64,000 bases of DNA from an uncultured bacterium (GTDB lineage: Bacteria; 4484-113): assembly GCA_963749125.1 (NCBI GenBank), contig CAVVLL010000006.1, positions 102,882 to 166,881 on the forward strand. Reading direction: 5' to 3'. The position numbers and the translations under genes are program-made. The notes beneath the pieces are model-generated. The model did not search any database, was not told the DNA's origin, and was given only the letters and a program-made list of their open reading frames with translations. The first letter of the stretch is position 1. The number at the start of each line of letters is the position of its first letter. Of this stretch, positions 20,473-31,333 are shown piece by piece.

Positions 20473-21801
20473 CTATAACATGCCGTTAGTTATATCGATC
20501 CCTGCGCTTAAGCGCCTTTGGAATTCGCGCTCAATCGCCGCGTACGCGAAGTAGTAGAGAACGATGCCTACCGCGTAGAGGACAAAGGTTCCCCAGTAAG
20601 GGGCTTGGTAGTTGATGTCAGCCATCATCTGGCCGCCGACTTTGGCACCTATCGCACGTCCAAGCGGAAACAGCATTATGTTAAGGCTCACGATGTTCAG
20701 CCGCTGTCGCTTGCCGTAGAGGTCCATCAGGAGCTGGCTGTTCACGGGGTTCACTAGATTTATGAGGGCGTTGCGAATAATGAACATCGCGCCAGTGAAG
20801 GCGATTGCCTGCGCTGCGGTGTAGCCGTGATTGACAATCATCGGCCCGTAGGCGATGCCGAGGATGAACGGCAGGCTAATCGCTTGGCTTATGTTCACAG
20901 TCCGCACGCGCCCGAAGCGCGCGATGAGCAGCGGCGTAGTGAGCGTCGCCAGGGCGATAATCAGCATAGAGATGCCCTGCAAGCCGCCGACGACGGATGC
21001 AGGCGCGCTCAGCGTCTCGCGCAGGAACACAGGGAAGAATGGCACTACCATCCCTGCGCCGATGCCAATCAATAGCGTGTATGAAACCTGGCTCCATGTA
21101 AGCCGCTGCTTAAGCAAGTCAGTGAACCGCGTCAAGTGTCCTTCGGGCTTCGGCGACCATTTGCGGTCGTGGATGAGCGCTGCAAACAACGCTATGCCAA
21201 GCGTCAGCGCTCCGCTTGTTATCAGGACGGCGGCATACGCCTTTGCTAACAGCGCATCGGGAACCTGCGCCAGTGGTATCCAGCCCGCCATTGAGCGCGC
21301 CAGCGTGTCGGCGATTGCGCCGGCGGCGACCGTGCCGATGAACATCGCCCCTGTTCCCAGTGCTGCTGCAAGCCCGAATGCGTAAGGCTGGGTATTTTGG
21401 TTGCTGTAATCGTGGAGGAAGGGGGCTGTGTTCACTTGTAGCAAGCTCATGCCGCAGCCAAGCAGCGCGGCGAACAGGAAGACATACACGGTGCCTGCAA
21501 GCGCGACATAGCCTATAGATGAAAGCGCGATGAGGATGCTGCCGGCGAGGAACATCTTCTTCCTGCCGATTCGTTGTGTGAGCGCCGCGGCAGGCAGTGA
21601 AAACACCGCAATGCTTATGAACTGAACTGCAAGGATATCGCCGATTGACCCTTCAAGCCTGCCCAGCGCTTTCAGGAGCAGCGGGAAGAGCGTCATGAAG
21701 ATGCCTTCGTTGAAGGTTGCGAGCGTTGTCATCCCGAGAAGGAGCCGAATCTCCCTGGGAAATCCTGCGAAGTGCAACATATAGCGGCGAAGGCCAGTCA
21801 C
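20473..21801 (-). CDS. MFS transporter
   Basis: About 12 hydrophobic segments; motif-A-like LTQRIGRKK and IARFGRVR. Confidence 0.9.
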   Translation of the reverse strand: MTGLRRYMLHFAGFPREIRLLLGMTTLATFNEGIFMTLFPLLLKALGRLEGSIGDILAVQFISIAVFSLPAAALTQRIGRKKMFLAGSILIALSSIGYVALAGTVYVFLFAALLGCGMSLLQVNTAPFLHDYSNQNTQPYAFGLAAALGTGAMFIGTVAAGAIADTLARSMAGWIPLAQVPDALLAKAYAAVLITSGALTLGIALFAALIHDRKWSPKPEGHLTRFTDLLKQRLTWSQVSYTLLIGIGAGMVVPFFPVFLRETLSAPASVVGGLQGISMLIIALATLTTPLLIARFGRVRTVNISQAISLPFILGIAYGPMIVNHGYTAAQAIAFTGAMFIIRNALINLVNPVNSQLLMDLYGKRQRLNIVSLNIMLFPLGRAIGAKVGGQMMADINYQAPYWGTFVLYAVGIVLYYFAYAAIEREFQRRLSAGIDITNGML

Positions 21802-21866
21802 AGGGCGCGGATTTTAGCATAGCTAGAATAGGCAGGCGTTGTATGACGCTCGGCGGTTGACAGCTA

Positions 21867-22742
21867 TTACCCGCGAACGAACAGGAACACGCCCGCAATC
21901 ATGAGGATGCTGGCTAGCAGACGCGCGTGTATCTTCTCGCGGAACATGTAGTGCCCCAGGACGACCGCAATAAGCATGCTCAGGTTGCTGACAGGTTCTG
22001 CGACCGACATGTCCAGGCCTGCACCTAGTGAAGCAAGCAGCGCGACGTATGCGTGGCCATTAACGATGCCGTTCACCCACACGAATGCCTTACGCGCCTT
22101 ATAGAGTCTGAACAGCTCATTCCAGGTCTTCGTAATCAGGACGCCTATGCCGAAGAATACGCCGCAGAGCATCGCGCAGGTTATCCCGTAGTATATTGGG
22201 TCAAAGTCAGCCGCGCGGTTGTCTATCAGCCTTATCACGGCTATGAGCATCGTGTTTACAAGCATGAATCGTGCGCCTTTATCAGTCAGCAGATTGCGCA
22301 AGCTTGCCATCGGGTTAACGCCGGGCATGAGGAAAAGAGTCCCTGCGAGCAGCAGCAGCACGCCTGCGAGCTTTACCCAAGTGAACGCCTCACCTTGAAA
22401 CAGAATCGGCAGGAAGAATACGAGTAGCGTTCCTAGCGAATAGAGCGGTGTTATGACCGACAGTTCCCCATGATTTAGGGCGGCGATGTAGAAATAGAAC
22501 GGCGTTATGAACAGCGATGCCGAGACTATGGCATACGGAAGGAATTGCCATGAGGTTAGCGGATGGTAGCGTGAGTAGATTATGAGCGTTGGTATGAGGG
22601 CGACCATCGCAGCTCCGTAGAAGGCAAAGCCTCCGGCGAATGGCGAGTATCCAACTACAACTTTCTTGCCGAGCGGACGTTCCAAGCCGAGTAACACTAC
22701 CCGGATGGCGAGGAATAACCATGCTGCCGCAAGCGGATGCAC
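21867..22742 (-). CDS. EamA/DMT family transporter
   Basis: About 10 TM helices in two repeats (ELSVITPL..GE..KLAGV; SVAEPV..FREKI). Confidence 0.9.
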   Translation of the reverse strand: MHPLAAAWLFLAIRVVLLGLERPLGKKVVVGYSPFAGGFAFYGAAMVALIPTLIIYSRYHPLTSWQFLPYAIVSASLFITPFYFYIAALNHGELSVITPLYSLGTLLVFFLPILFQGEAFTWVKLAGVLLLLAGTLFLMPGVNPMASLRNLLTDKGARFMLVNTMLIAVIRLIDNRAADFDPIYYGITCAMLCGVFFGIGVLITKTWNELFRLYKARKAFVWVNGIVNGHAYVALLASLGAGLDMSVAEPVSNLSMLIAVVLGHYMFREKIHARLLASILMIAGVFLFVRG

Positions 22743-22820
22743 ACAGGAATATTACACTACGCCGCCAAGTATCACAGGCATCCGCTAGACTCCCGCGTGT
22801 AACCTGGCTAATATTAAGCA

Positions 22821-23795
22821 ATGGTCTATCTAATCGCTGAAGTTGGCGTAAACCATAAAGGTAATCTGAATTACGCGATTGAACACGTTCGTGCTGCAAA
22901 GGCCGCAGGTGCTGACGCAGTCAAGTTCCAGACTTTCATTGCAGAGGAACTGGCTTCCGTCAGGTTTGCGAAAGAGCAAGTTGAATTCTTCAAGTCTGTT
23001 CAGCTTAATTTTGAGGACTTCAAACTGCTCTTTGAGGAAGCCCGCAAAGCAGACATTGATTTCTTGAGCACCCCGCTTGACTACGAATCCGTTGATTACC
23101 TCGACTCGCTGCCCATAAAGGCTTTCAAAGTATCTTCAGGCGACCTGACGAATTACTCTTTGCTCGCTTTCATCGCGCGAAAGGGCAAGCACATTTACTT
23201 ATCAACAGGCATGAGTAACATCGGCGAAGTGTCGGACGCTGTGAGCGTCGTTCGCAGGAATGGGAATCAAGACGTAACGCTGCTTCACGCTGTGACTCTA
23301 TACCCTACCCCATATGAATGCGCAAACTTGCTTGCAGTGAGAACGCTGGCTGAGACCTTCGACCTGCCGGTAGGCTACTCCGACCACACTGTCGGCAACG
23401 AAGCATGTTACGCCGCGGTAGCTCTTGGCGCGACGGTGATAGAAAAACACTTCACGCTGGATAAGAAGCAGCAAGGCCCGGATATTGTTAGCTCCGCAGA
23501 TCCTGCCGAGATGACGACACTTCGCAGGGGATTGGATGTCATCGCGCTGGCGCTCGGCGATGGGAGAAAGATACCACAGGCCTGCGAAGAGCAGATGGCA
23601 ATGTCTGCACGGCGCAGTATATTCACGACGAAAGATCTCTGCAAAGGCGAATTGCTGACGCCGGAACTACTGACTACGCTTCGGCCCGGAACAGGAATTC
23701 CTGCAAGCCAGGTGTTTGATGTAGTTGGGCACAAGCTGAGAACAGACGTGTGCGCCGGCGAGATGCTCAAATGGGAGATGCTGGAAGGGATATGA
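22821..23795 (+). CDS. neuB: NeuB-family nonulosonic acid synthase with a C-terminal SAF domain
   Basis: IAEVGVNHKG, ADAVKFQT, STGM, GYSDHT, IEKHFTLD, RPGTGI. Confidence 0.9.
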   Translation: MVYLIAEVGVNHKGNLNYAIEHVRAAKAAGADAVKFQTFIAEELASVRFAKEQVEFFKSVQLNFEDFKLLFEEARKADIDFLSTPLDYESVDYLDSLPIKAFKVSSGDLTNYSLLAFIARKGKHIYLSTGMSNIGEVSDAVSVVRRNGNQDVTLLHAVTLYPTPYECANLLAVRTLAETFDLPVGYSDHTVGNEACYAAVALGATVIEKHFTLDKKQQGPDIVSSADPAEMTTLRRGLDVIALALGDGRKIPQACEEQMAMSARRSIFTTKDLCKGELLTPELLTTLRPGTGIPASQVFDVVGHKLRTDVCAGEMLKWEMLEGI

Positions 23796-24820
23796 GCCTT
23801 GCCGCCGATAGCGCGACGGCGATGTTGCAGGGGAAATGCGTTCTCGTTACAGGTGGCTCAGGCAGCATCGGGCAAGAGCTGGTGAAGCAGATACTTGAAC
23901 GAAAGCCCTCGGCAATCCGCGTGTTTTCACGAAACGAGCACAAGCAATACGAGATGTCGCGCCTCTTTGCCGCGCATGCAAATATCCGATATCTAATCGG
24001 CGATGTCCGCGACAGAGAGCGGTTGATGCTAGCGATGGAAGGCGTTGACGTCGTGTTTCACACCGCCGCCCTCAAGCACGTGAAAGCGTGCGAATACAAC
24101 CCGTTTGAGGCAGTGAAGACCAACGTAATCGGGACGCAAAACGCGCTTGACGCGGCGCTTGCGCATAACGTTGAGCTGTTTACATCAATCAGCACCGACA
24201 AGGCCGTATCGCCGGTGAATACCATGGGCGCAACGAAGCTGCTAGCTGAACGGCTGGTGGCGAACGCTGTCAACTACCGCGGAAGCCGCAAGACTAGGTT
24301 TACGGTCGTCCGTTCCGGCAATATCCTAGCCAGTCAGGGCTCTGCAATACCGCTGTTCATTGAACAGATTCGCAATGGCGGCCCGGTGACGTTGACGCAC
24401 TCAGATATGAAGCGTTATTTCATCGGAGTCTCGGAAGCTGTGCAGCTATGCCTTAGCGCAAGCTCTATGAGCATGGGTGGAGACATATTCGTGCTAAAGA
24501 TGCGGCCGATGCTGGTTGCGGACTTAATCGCTGTTCTGATCAACGCACTAGCGAAGGGATTTGGGCATGACCCATCAGGCATCGCAGTTGAAACGATAGG
24601 CTTGTCCGCAAGCGAGAAGTTGAGTGAAGAGCTAATTACGCCTGAGGAGATTGCCTGCGCGCAGGAGTATCCCGATTTCTACAGAATTCGCGTTTCAGGA
24701 ATGCCGCCTGCCGGACATGCTACGGATGCGCATAAACTCATTTCAATTGAACCGCAACCTCTGCTCTCCAAGGATGAGATAAATGACTTGCTGGTAACAG
24801 CGGGGCTTGTGCCCAAGTAA
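23792..24820 (+). CDS. UDP-GlcNAc 4,6-dehydratase (PseB/FlaA1/CapD-type)
   Basis: TGGSGSIG, GDVRD, HTAALKHV..CEYNP.EAVKTN, STDKAV.P.NTMGATK. Confidence 0.9.
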   Translation: MSLAADSATAMLQGKCVLVTGGSGSIGQELVKQILERKPSAIRVFSRNEHKQYEMSRLFAAHANIRYLIGDVRDRERLMLAMEGVDVVFHTAALKHVKACEYNPFEAVKTNVIGTQNALDAALAHNVELFTSISTDKAVSPVNTMGATKLLAERLVANAVNYRGSRKTRFTVVRSGNILASQGSAIPLFIEQIRNGGPVTLTHSDMKRYFIGVSEAVQLCLSASSMSMGGDIFVLKMRPMLVADLIAVLINALAKGFGHDPSGIAVETIGLSASEKLSEELITPEEIACAQEYPDFYRIRVSGMPPAGHATDAHKLISIEPQPLLSKDEINDLLVTAGLVPK

Positions 24821-24842
24821 TCCGCTTAGCTTCGGGCGCAAC

Positions 24843-24870
24843 TTGAATTTATTCATCTAAGGAGTATAAT
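24843..24870 (+). promoter_or_regulatory. Sigma70-type promoter of the kor operon
   Basis: TTGAAT-16 bp-TATAAT. Confidence 0.6.
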
Positions 24871-24892
24871 CCCGCCAGCCCAAACGGCGACT

Positions 24893-24910
24893 TTGTGAGC
24901 TACTTAACAA
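24893..24910. promoter_or_regulatory. Putative Rex operator upstream of korD
   Basis: TTGTGAG-CTAC-TTAACAA; 2 mismatches to TTGTGAA-N4-TTCACAA. Confidence 0.55.
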
Positions 24911-24976
24911 TCTGCTCATCAGCGCAATTTTGCTTTGGACATATGCGCCAGGTTAAGCCGTCGGGGTTTTATAAAT

Positions 24977-25285
24977 ATGAGCGTTCACCGGCTCAAACTT
25001 AAAGAAGAAGGGGCAGTTGAGTACCCCATCGGAAAGGACGACCAGTCTATCTACATCAACTACGACTGGTGTAAGGGATGCACAATCTGTATCGCCTTTT
25101 GTCCTAAGGAAGTCTACGACATCTCCGCGCTCGGCCAGCCTGTCCCAACGAGGATTGAGAATTGCACCCGGTGCATGATTTGCGTTCAGAGATGCCCCGA
25201 CTTCGCAATTTGCATCACCAATTCATCAGGGACAGCAAAGCCGCATCCCGAAGCGGAACTCATAGCCGCGAGCGAGCGCAAGTGA
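24977..25285 (+). CDS. korD: 2-oxoacid:ferredoxin oxidoreductase delta subunit (2x[4Fe-4S])
   Basis: CKGCTICIAFCP and CTRCMICVQRCPDFAI. Confidence 0.88.
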   Translation: MSVHRLKLKEEGAVEYPIGKDDQSIYINYDWCKGCTICIAFCPKEVYDISALGQPVPTRIENCTRCMICVQRCPDFAICITNSSGTAKPHPEAELIAASERK

Positions 25286-26418
25286 TGGCAGGCACAACTC
25301 ACCTATTACAGGGGAATGAAGCGTGCGCCATGGGCGCCATTTATGCCGGCTGCCGGTTCTTCGGCGGTTATCCCATTACGCCCAGCACCGAAGTTGCAGA
25401 GCACTTTGCACGTAAGCTTCCCGCCGTCGGTGGAACCTTCATCCAGATGGAGGACGAAATCGCTTCCATCTCTGCGATCATCGGCGCAAGCATGGCCGGC
25501 GTAAAGGCGATGACGGCTACTAGCGGCCCGGGTTACAGCTTGATGCAAGAAAACATCGGGCTCGCCATCGTGACTGAAACGCCGCTCGTGATTATCAACG
25601 TGATGAGAAGCGGCGCGTCCACCGGCCAGCCGACAGGCACTGGGCAAGGCGACTTGATGCAGGCAAGGTGGGGCACTCACAGCGACCACCCGATCGTTGC
25701 CCTGGCGCCTGCGTCGTCGCAAGAAATGTTTGACCACACAATCCAGGCGTTCAACATCTCCGAGAAGCTGCGGCTTCCGGTTATCTTGCTGCCAGAAGCA
25801 GTCGTCGGCCACATTCGAGAAGCAGTATACGTTCCAGAACCAGGCGAAGTTGTCCTAGAAGAACGCGAAAGGCCGGAACGATACGACGACTACCTGTTCT
25901 TTAAGCGCGACGACAAGGGCATTGCACACCCGCCAGTGATTGGTACCGGCTTTCGCCCGCACTTCACAGGATTGTCGCACGACGAAGACGGATTCTTTAC
26001 CAGCGTGCCCGATAAGCTGCACACGTTCACAACTGGGCTTTGCTCCAAGATTGAGAAGAACTTAAAGTACCTTACCGATTACGAAGAAGAAAACTGCACT
26101 GATGCAGACGTGCTGATGGTCTCCTTTGGTGTGACCGCGCGAGCCTGTCAGAGGGTGGCACGTATCCTCCGCGCCAGGGGCGTGAAAGCAGGCTACTTCC
26201 GCCCGAAGATAGTCTGGCCGTTCCCTGAGAAGCGCTTCAAGCAGATTGCCGAGCGCGCAAGCACTATTATCGTGCCGGAGTTAAACCTCGGCCAGATGAA
26301 GTCCATCGTGGAGACCCTCGCGCCCCGCGACAAGAAAATAGTCGGTATCAACCGCGTTGATGGAACCATGCTTTCTCTCAAGCGCATCATGCAGAGAGTT
26401 GACGAGGTGCTTCGCTAA
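25285..26418 (+). CDS. korA: 2-oxoacid:ferredoxin oxidoreductase alpha subunit
   Basis: GNEA, GYPITPSTE, QMEDE, TATSGPG, QARWG.H.D. Confidence 0.93.
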   Translation: MAGTTHLLQGNEACAMGAIYAGCRFFGGYPITPSTEVAEHFARKLPAVGGTFIQMEDEIASISAIIGASMAGVKAMTATSGPGYSLMQENIGLAIVTETPLVIINVMRSGASTGQPTGTGQGDLMQARWGTHSDHPIVALAPASSQEMFDHTIQAFNISEKLRLPVILLPEAVVGHIREAVYVPEPGEVVLEERERPERYDDYLFFKRDDKGIAHPPVIGTGFRPHFTGLSHDEDGFFTSVPDKLHTFTTGLCSKIEKNLKYLTDYEEENCTDADVLMVSFGVTARACQRVARILRARGVKAGYFRPKIVWPFPEKRFKQIAERASTIIVPELNLGQMKSIVETLAPRDKKIVGINRVDGTMLSLKRIMQRVDEVLR

Positions 26419-27245
26419 TGCCTATTGAACCTTTTGTGAAGAAGTATCTCCGCCAGCGCGTCCTGCCTACTATTTGGTGCTCGGGATGTGGACTTGGCAC
26501 TTGTATGCGTGCATTCATCAAAGCCCTGTTTGACCTTAATATTGACTATAACAACCTCGTTGTAGTCTCAGGCATTGGCTGCTCATCAAGAATGGCAGGC
26601 TACATTGACGCGAACACAGTTCACACCACTCACGGCCGCGCGCTTCCTGTCGCAACGGGCATCAAGCTTGCGAATCCCGAATTGAAAGTAGTCGTGATAA
26701 TGGGCGACGGTGACGGAACCGCCATCGGCGGTAACCACCTCATCCACGCTGCCCGGCGCAACATAGATCTGTCGGTGCTGCTTCTCAACAACAACAATTA
26801 CGGAATGACCAGCGGGCAGGTCTCTCCGATGACCCCCCACGGTGCATATGCCAGCACAAGCCCCTTCGGGAACATGGAGCATGTCTTTGAGCTTTGCGAC
26901 ATGGTGAAGAGCGCTGGTGCTACTTACGTCGGCCGGACAACGGTTTACCACTACCCACAGGCTGCAAAGCTGATTGCTGAGGCGATGAAGCACAAGGGAT
27001 TTTCATTCCTGGAGTTCTATTTCCAGTGCCCCACGTACTTCGGCCGCTTCAACCAGCAGCCTGACGCCCCTGCCGGCTTGCGTTACTACAAAGAAAACGC
27101 GGTGCATTTCAACCCCGAGAAGCCGCGTCCTCTCGGTGATGGGCAGTTCTATGTCGGCAAGCTTTGGGAAGACAACGATAAGGTCGAATACACCGAGCTT
27201 TACCGCCAAACCGCTGACAAAGCGCGACAGAGCGTCGGCAAGTAG
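26418..27245 (+). CDS. korB: 2-oxoacid:ferredoxin oxidoreductase beta subunit
   Basis: WCSGCG, SGIGCSSR, HGRA, TPP motif GDGD...NN..YGMT.GQ. Confidence 0.93.
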   Translation: MPIEPFVKKYLRQRVLPTIWCSGCGLGTCMRAFIKALFDLNIDYNNLVVVSGIGCSSRMAGYIDANTVHTTHGRALPVATGIKLANPELKVVVIMGDGDGTAIGGNHLIHAARRNIDLSVLLLNNNNYGMTSGQVSPMTPHGAYASTSPFGNMEHVFELCDMVKSAGATYVGRTTVYHYPQAAKLIAEAMKHKGFSFLEFYFQCPTYFGRFNQQPDAPAGLRYYKENAVHFNPEKPRPLGDGQFYVGKLWEDNDKVEYTELYRQTADKARQSVGK

Positions 27246-27250
27246 GTTCA

Positions 27251-27798
27251 ATGATGAAGATCCAGAAAGATATGAAGTTCTTCTCTCAGGCTCCGGCGGG
27301 CAGGGCATTATCCTGGCAGGACTCATCATAGCCCAGGCGGGAATCTCTCAGAACCTCCAGGTTGTTCAGACCGCCAGCTACGGCCCCGAAAGCCGGGGCG
27401 GCGCAAGCCGTAGCGAGGTAGTCCTCTCGGGCTCCAAGATAGATTATCCTGCTGTTACCGAGCCTGATGTCGTTATCGCGCTTACGCAAGAGGCTGCCGA
27501 CAAGTACGCCCAGGAAGTTCGTGCAGAAGGCATGGTGCTATTTGATACAACATGGGTTGAAAAAGTTCCGCAGGGCATCCACGGTGAGGTTTTCGCTTTC
27601 CCAATAACCGAAGAGGCCTCTAACCGGTTCGGCAAGTCGCTAGTGGCGAACGTCATCGCGCTCGGCTTTTTTGCAGAAAAGAATCCCGTCGTACCTGCAG
27701 AAGCGCTGCACTCAGTACTGATTACACGTGTACCTAAGCATTACATTGAGCTAAACGAACAAGCGTTTGAATTTGGCCGGGAGTTGGCGCGCAGGTAA
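27251..27798 (+). CDS. korC: 2-oxoacid:ferredoxin oxidoreductase gamma subunit (probable 1-nt deletion near the 5' end)
   Basis: SGSGGQG, SYGPESRGG.S; ATG at 27251 joins the conserved frame if one A is added to CAGAAAGA (548+1 = 549 nt). Confidence 0.85.
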
Positions 27799-27875
27799 TT
27801 CCTTAGTACGCGCAGGCCGCTTGTTTCGAAACGGTCGTTTTTGGCGGTAGAGTAACCTACCTCCAGCGATCATTG

Positions 27876-27904
27876 TTGATAATCACCTTCGTCTCGGATA
27901 TAAT
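27876..27904 (+). promoter_or_regulatory. Sigma70-type promoter
   Basis: TTGATA-17 bp-TATAAT upstream of the ORF at 27939. Confidence 0.7.
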
Positions 27905-27938
27905 CGGGGTGAAGCTGTGAAATCAGCGAGATACGCCG

Positions 27939-28187
27939 ATGCTCACTTTCACAAACACAGAGAGAAGGCAATGCAGGCTTAAATGCGTTGAAGTAGAGAT
28001 TCTCATTACGCACAGAGATCCTCTTCTTACAGGCATTGGCGGTTTGCTCATGCCGCGCAAATCGGGACCGGTGGAAGTTGAGTGTCCTAACGCTGCTGTA
28101 TGCCTAGAGGAAGGGCGCGACTGCGTGTGGGCTCTGGGAGTATTGAAAACGACAAACGACCCGCTGGACCTCAGGATAGAATTCTAA
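27939..28187 (+). CDS. Small Cys-rich hypothetical protein
   Basis: 82 aa with 5 Cys; preceded by a near-consensus promoter. Confidence 0.6.
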   Translation: MLTFTNTERRQCRLKCVEVEILITHRDPLLTGIGGLLMPRKSGPVEVECPNAAVCLEEGRDCVWALGVLKTTNDPLDLRIEF

Positions 28188-30804
28188 CCTTTCCCGAGTA
28201 AATAGCGTTCGAGAAGGCGCGATAGATCCTCGAAGCTGAATGGCTTTTGAAGCACCTCGGTAAATCCAATACGCAGGTAGTCCAAGTTGCTCATTTCTTC
28301 GCCGAAGCCCGTCATCAGTATGCCGGTCGTTAGGGGATTAAGTTGGTGGATGACGGAAAAAGCTTCTGCGCCTGTTAAGCGCGGCATCCTCAGGTCGATT
28401 AACACAAGCCCAATCTCATGCTGGTACTCTTTAAACACGTCAATGGCTTCCACGCCATCGTGTGCTACCAGTGCTTTAAGCCCATGTCGGCCAAAAAACT
28501 GCTGCACGGGCTTCGTGATCATTTCCTCATCATCAACGACGAGTATCGGCTTTGCCTTAGCAAAATCGGGATACTTATAATCCTTCACCAGTTCAGCAAA
28601 AGCCACATTATCACCCGCTAGCGGTAGGTAGAGCGTAAAGACACTTCCCCTGCCCCAGTCAGAGTCGACTTCAATCGTGCCGCCAAGCGTCGTTATAATA
28701 TGGTAGGCAATGGAAAGCCCCAGGCCCGTTCCCTTGCCGGTTTCCTTGGTCGTGAAGAATGGCTCGAAGATATTGTCTATGACCTGCGGGCTGATGCCGG
28801 TTCCCGTGTCCACGACGCGGATTCGCGCATAACCAGTCTCGGCGTGCGGCGTCGGGAGTGAAATAGGCTCGTCTTCTTCTTAACTCTTGCGGCTATCACC
28901 TGTAGCTTGCCGCCATTAGGCATCGAGTCAATTGCGTTGGTGCAAAGATTCAGGAGCACCTGCTGTATCTCGGTCGGATTGCCGATAATGCGCAGCGGCT
29001 CTTTATCCACGGCCTGCGTGAAGGTAACATACCGGGGTAAGGTGGTCTTTATCAGCGAGGTCACTTCGTCGATGGAGTGCTTCAAGTCAACGACCTTGCG
29101 GTCTTCGCTTTCTTTGCGGCTGAACACAAGCAGCTTGCGGGTTAAGTCGGCTGCGCGCCTCGCCGCCGTTTCTATAGTCTCGAATAGCCCACGGGTGTCT
29201 TCATCTGAGTTCGATGCTCCGACTTGCTCGCGAAGTAAGGCTAAGTTACCGAAAATGCCAGCGAGGATGTTGTTGAAATCGTGCGCGATGCCACCGGCAA
29301 GCCTGCCAACACTCTCAAGCTTTTGGGATTGCAGCACCTGGTGTTCAATGTGCTTTTGCCCGGTCACATCGCGGAAGAAGCATAAAAACATATCGCGCTT
29401 CCATGTCTCAAGCCTCTTTACCGAGCCTTCCCACACGCGCGTTTCTTTGTCGGCAGTGAGAAGCTCAAGGCCCGTGACTTCTACTGCATTCTCGCCCTGG
29501 GTCAGCGCTGACAAAGCGCTAAGGAGAGTGGCTTTGGATTCCGGCTTCACGAGCGACACAAACTCACGCCCGACATAAAGCGCAAGAGTCTCAACCGGCA
29601 TTTTCAGCGAGCGCAGGAATGCCGGGTTCGCGTAGTTGAGCTTGCCCTTATCTAGGAGGAAAATGATCGTTGTTACGTTGTCTACGAGCTGGCGATAAAG
29701 CTCTTCGCTCTCGCGCAAACGGACAGTATGCTGCTGCACAACAAGCTCAAGGCTTCGAGCATGCCTCTCCAACTCAAGCTTGGCTTTGGCGAGCTCATCT
29801 GTCCTGTTCGCGAGATCAACTTCAAAGTGGTCCGCCAGCCTTCCCCGCTCTTCGGCAGCAAGAAACTGCCTACGCGTTTCAAGAATATACAGGCCTGCCA
29901 GGAGTCCAAGCAAGACTACTATCGCACCACTGGCGAGCACGATTGTCCTGTACGTCGTGATGGAAGCAGTCAGTGCTTCATCGCTGATCCCACTGACGAG
30001 ATACCATTCCTGGCCAGTCAGCGGGATTTTGGTTATCGCGACAACCCATTTCCCTGGCTTTCCAGGTAGCGTTGTCCTGAGTGATAGTGGATAAGCTTTT
30101 TCGGGCGAATGAAGGTTTTCAGAAAGCGCCGCATAATCTTTAGCCGACTGGGAACCTTGCGCAAAGCTAGTTCCTACGGCTGGGAATCCCTGCGACCAAA
30201 ACACAATGCCGTCACTGTCAACGAGCGCAGCCATCCCGTCATCGCCGACGCGCTGTAGAGGCTTCCAGAACACCTGGTTTAGCCAGTCCACGCGAAGGAG
30301 CGTCGTAATTGCTCCGTCATAGCGGCCATTCACAAAGATTGGCTGGCAAAGCGGCAATGCCATGTATCCTTGAACTGCCATGAACGGCTTGCCGATAACT
30401 GGCTTCTTAGTTTCCAATAGGAGCTTATTGTGAGGCTGGTCGCCGACATATCTGCCGATCACTGAAGGGTTCTCAGGATATGTATAAACTATCCGCCCGT
30501 CTGAGCTCAAACGAGAAACATTCCCAATCAGTCCGCCGATTGAAGAAGGCAGCCCTTGCAGCTTCGCCTTCCCTTCTTCGTTAAGGGTCACGATATCTGG
30601 GTCTTTCGCGAGCACCTGAAGTTCGCGGATGGAGTAGTCTAAGAATTTAGCAAACACGCTTGAAGTCATCGTGCTTGTGCTAACCTGTAACTCTAAATAT
30701 TGCTCGAAGACGCTGTCTTCAACAAAGCGGTGGCCGTAGTAGACCAGGGCCGCAAGCATCAGCCCAAGAAGCGCCAGTATGGATACGAGAATGCGTGCGC
30801 GCAT
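28184..30804 (-). CDS. Hybrid sensor histidine kinase (Cache-PAS-HisKA-HATPase-REC), frameshift near 28880
   Basis: Two TM helices flanking a Cache-like domain; [11 protein letters not shown]; [10 protein letters not shown]; [21 protein letters not shown]; REC motifs VVDDE, DLRMP, KPF. Confidence 0.92.
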
Positions 30805-30889
30805 ATTCCCCGCAAGAGTCTAGCATATGTTGCTTTGTTCAACGCCAGCATTGGAAGGTAAGCTCTTACAGACTATAATAGTCGCGCCA

Positions 30890-31333
30890 ATGGACGCCGA
30901 ACAGGTTCAATCTCGACCGCTTAACTGGATATACAATCCATGGACGGAGCAACCGCAGAGGACGCTAGCCGTCTTCGCTATAGATTGCGCCGCCATGTTA
31001 GTTGTTGCCTACAGCTATAAAGGAGATCCTGCGGTCAACTGGTTCATGTTGCTTGCGGCTATCTTAATGTTCGGCATGACGCTTTCGCTGCTTGTTCCTA
31101 TTGGCTATACGCTAGACGAAAAGGGAGTAACGGTGCGTTTTGTAGGAGTGCCCAGCTTCCGGCAGTGGCAACACTACAGAAATGTTTATGTTCACAAGAA
31201 CGGCATTTTCCTTACGTCGATGAGGAAGCCGAGCGGGCTTGACCCTTTCAGGGGGCACTTCCTCTTGTTTACAGGCGAAAACAGGGACTTGGTTGTTTCA
31301 TATGCCAAACGACACATCAAAGCCGAAGCCTAA
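30890..31333 (+). CDS. Hypothetical membrane protein (2 TM helices plus a small beta domain)
   Basis: Two hydrophobic helices then YTLDEKGV..W..Y...LDPFRG; TATAAT upstream. Confidence 0.7.
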   Translation: MDAEQVQSRPLNWIYNPWTEQPQRTLAVFAIDCAAMLVVAYSYKGDPAVNWFMLLAAILMFGMTLSLLVPIGYTLDEKGVTVRFVGVPSFRQWQHYRNVYVHKNGIFLTSMRKPSGLDPFRGHFLLFTGENRDLVVSYAKRHIKAEA

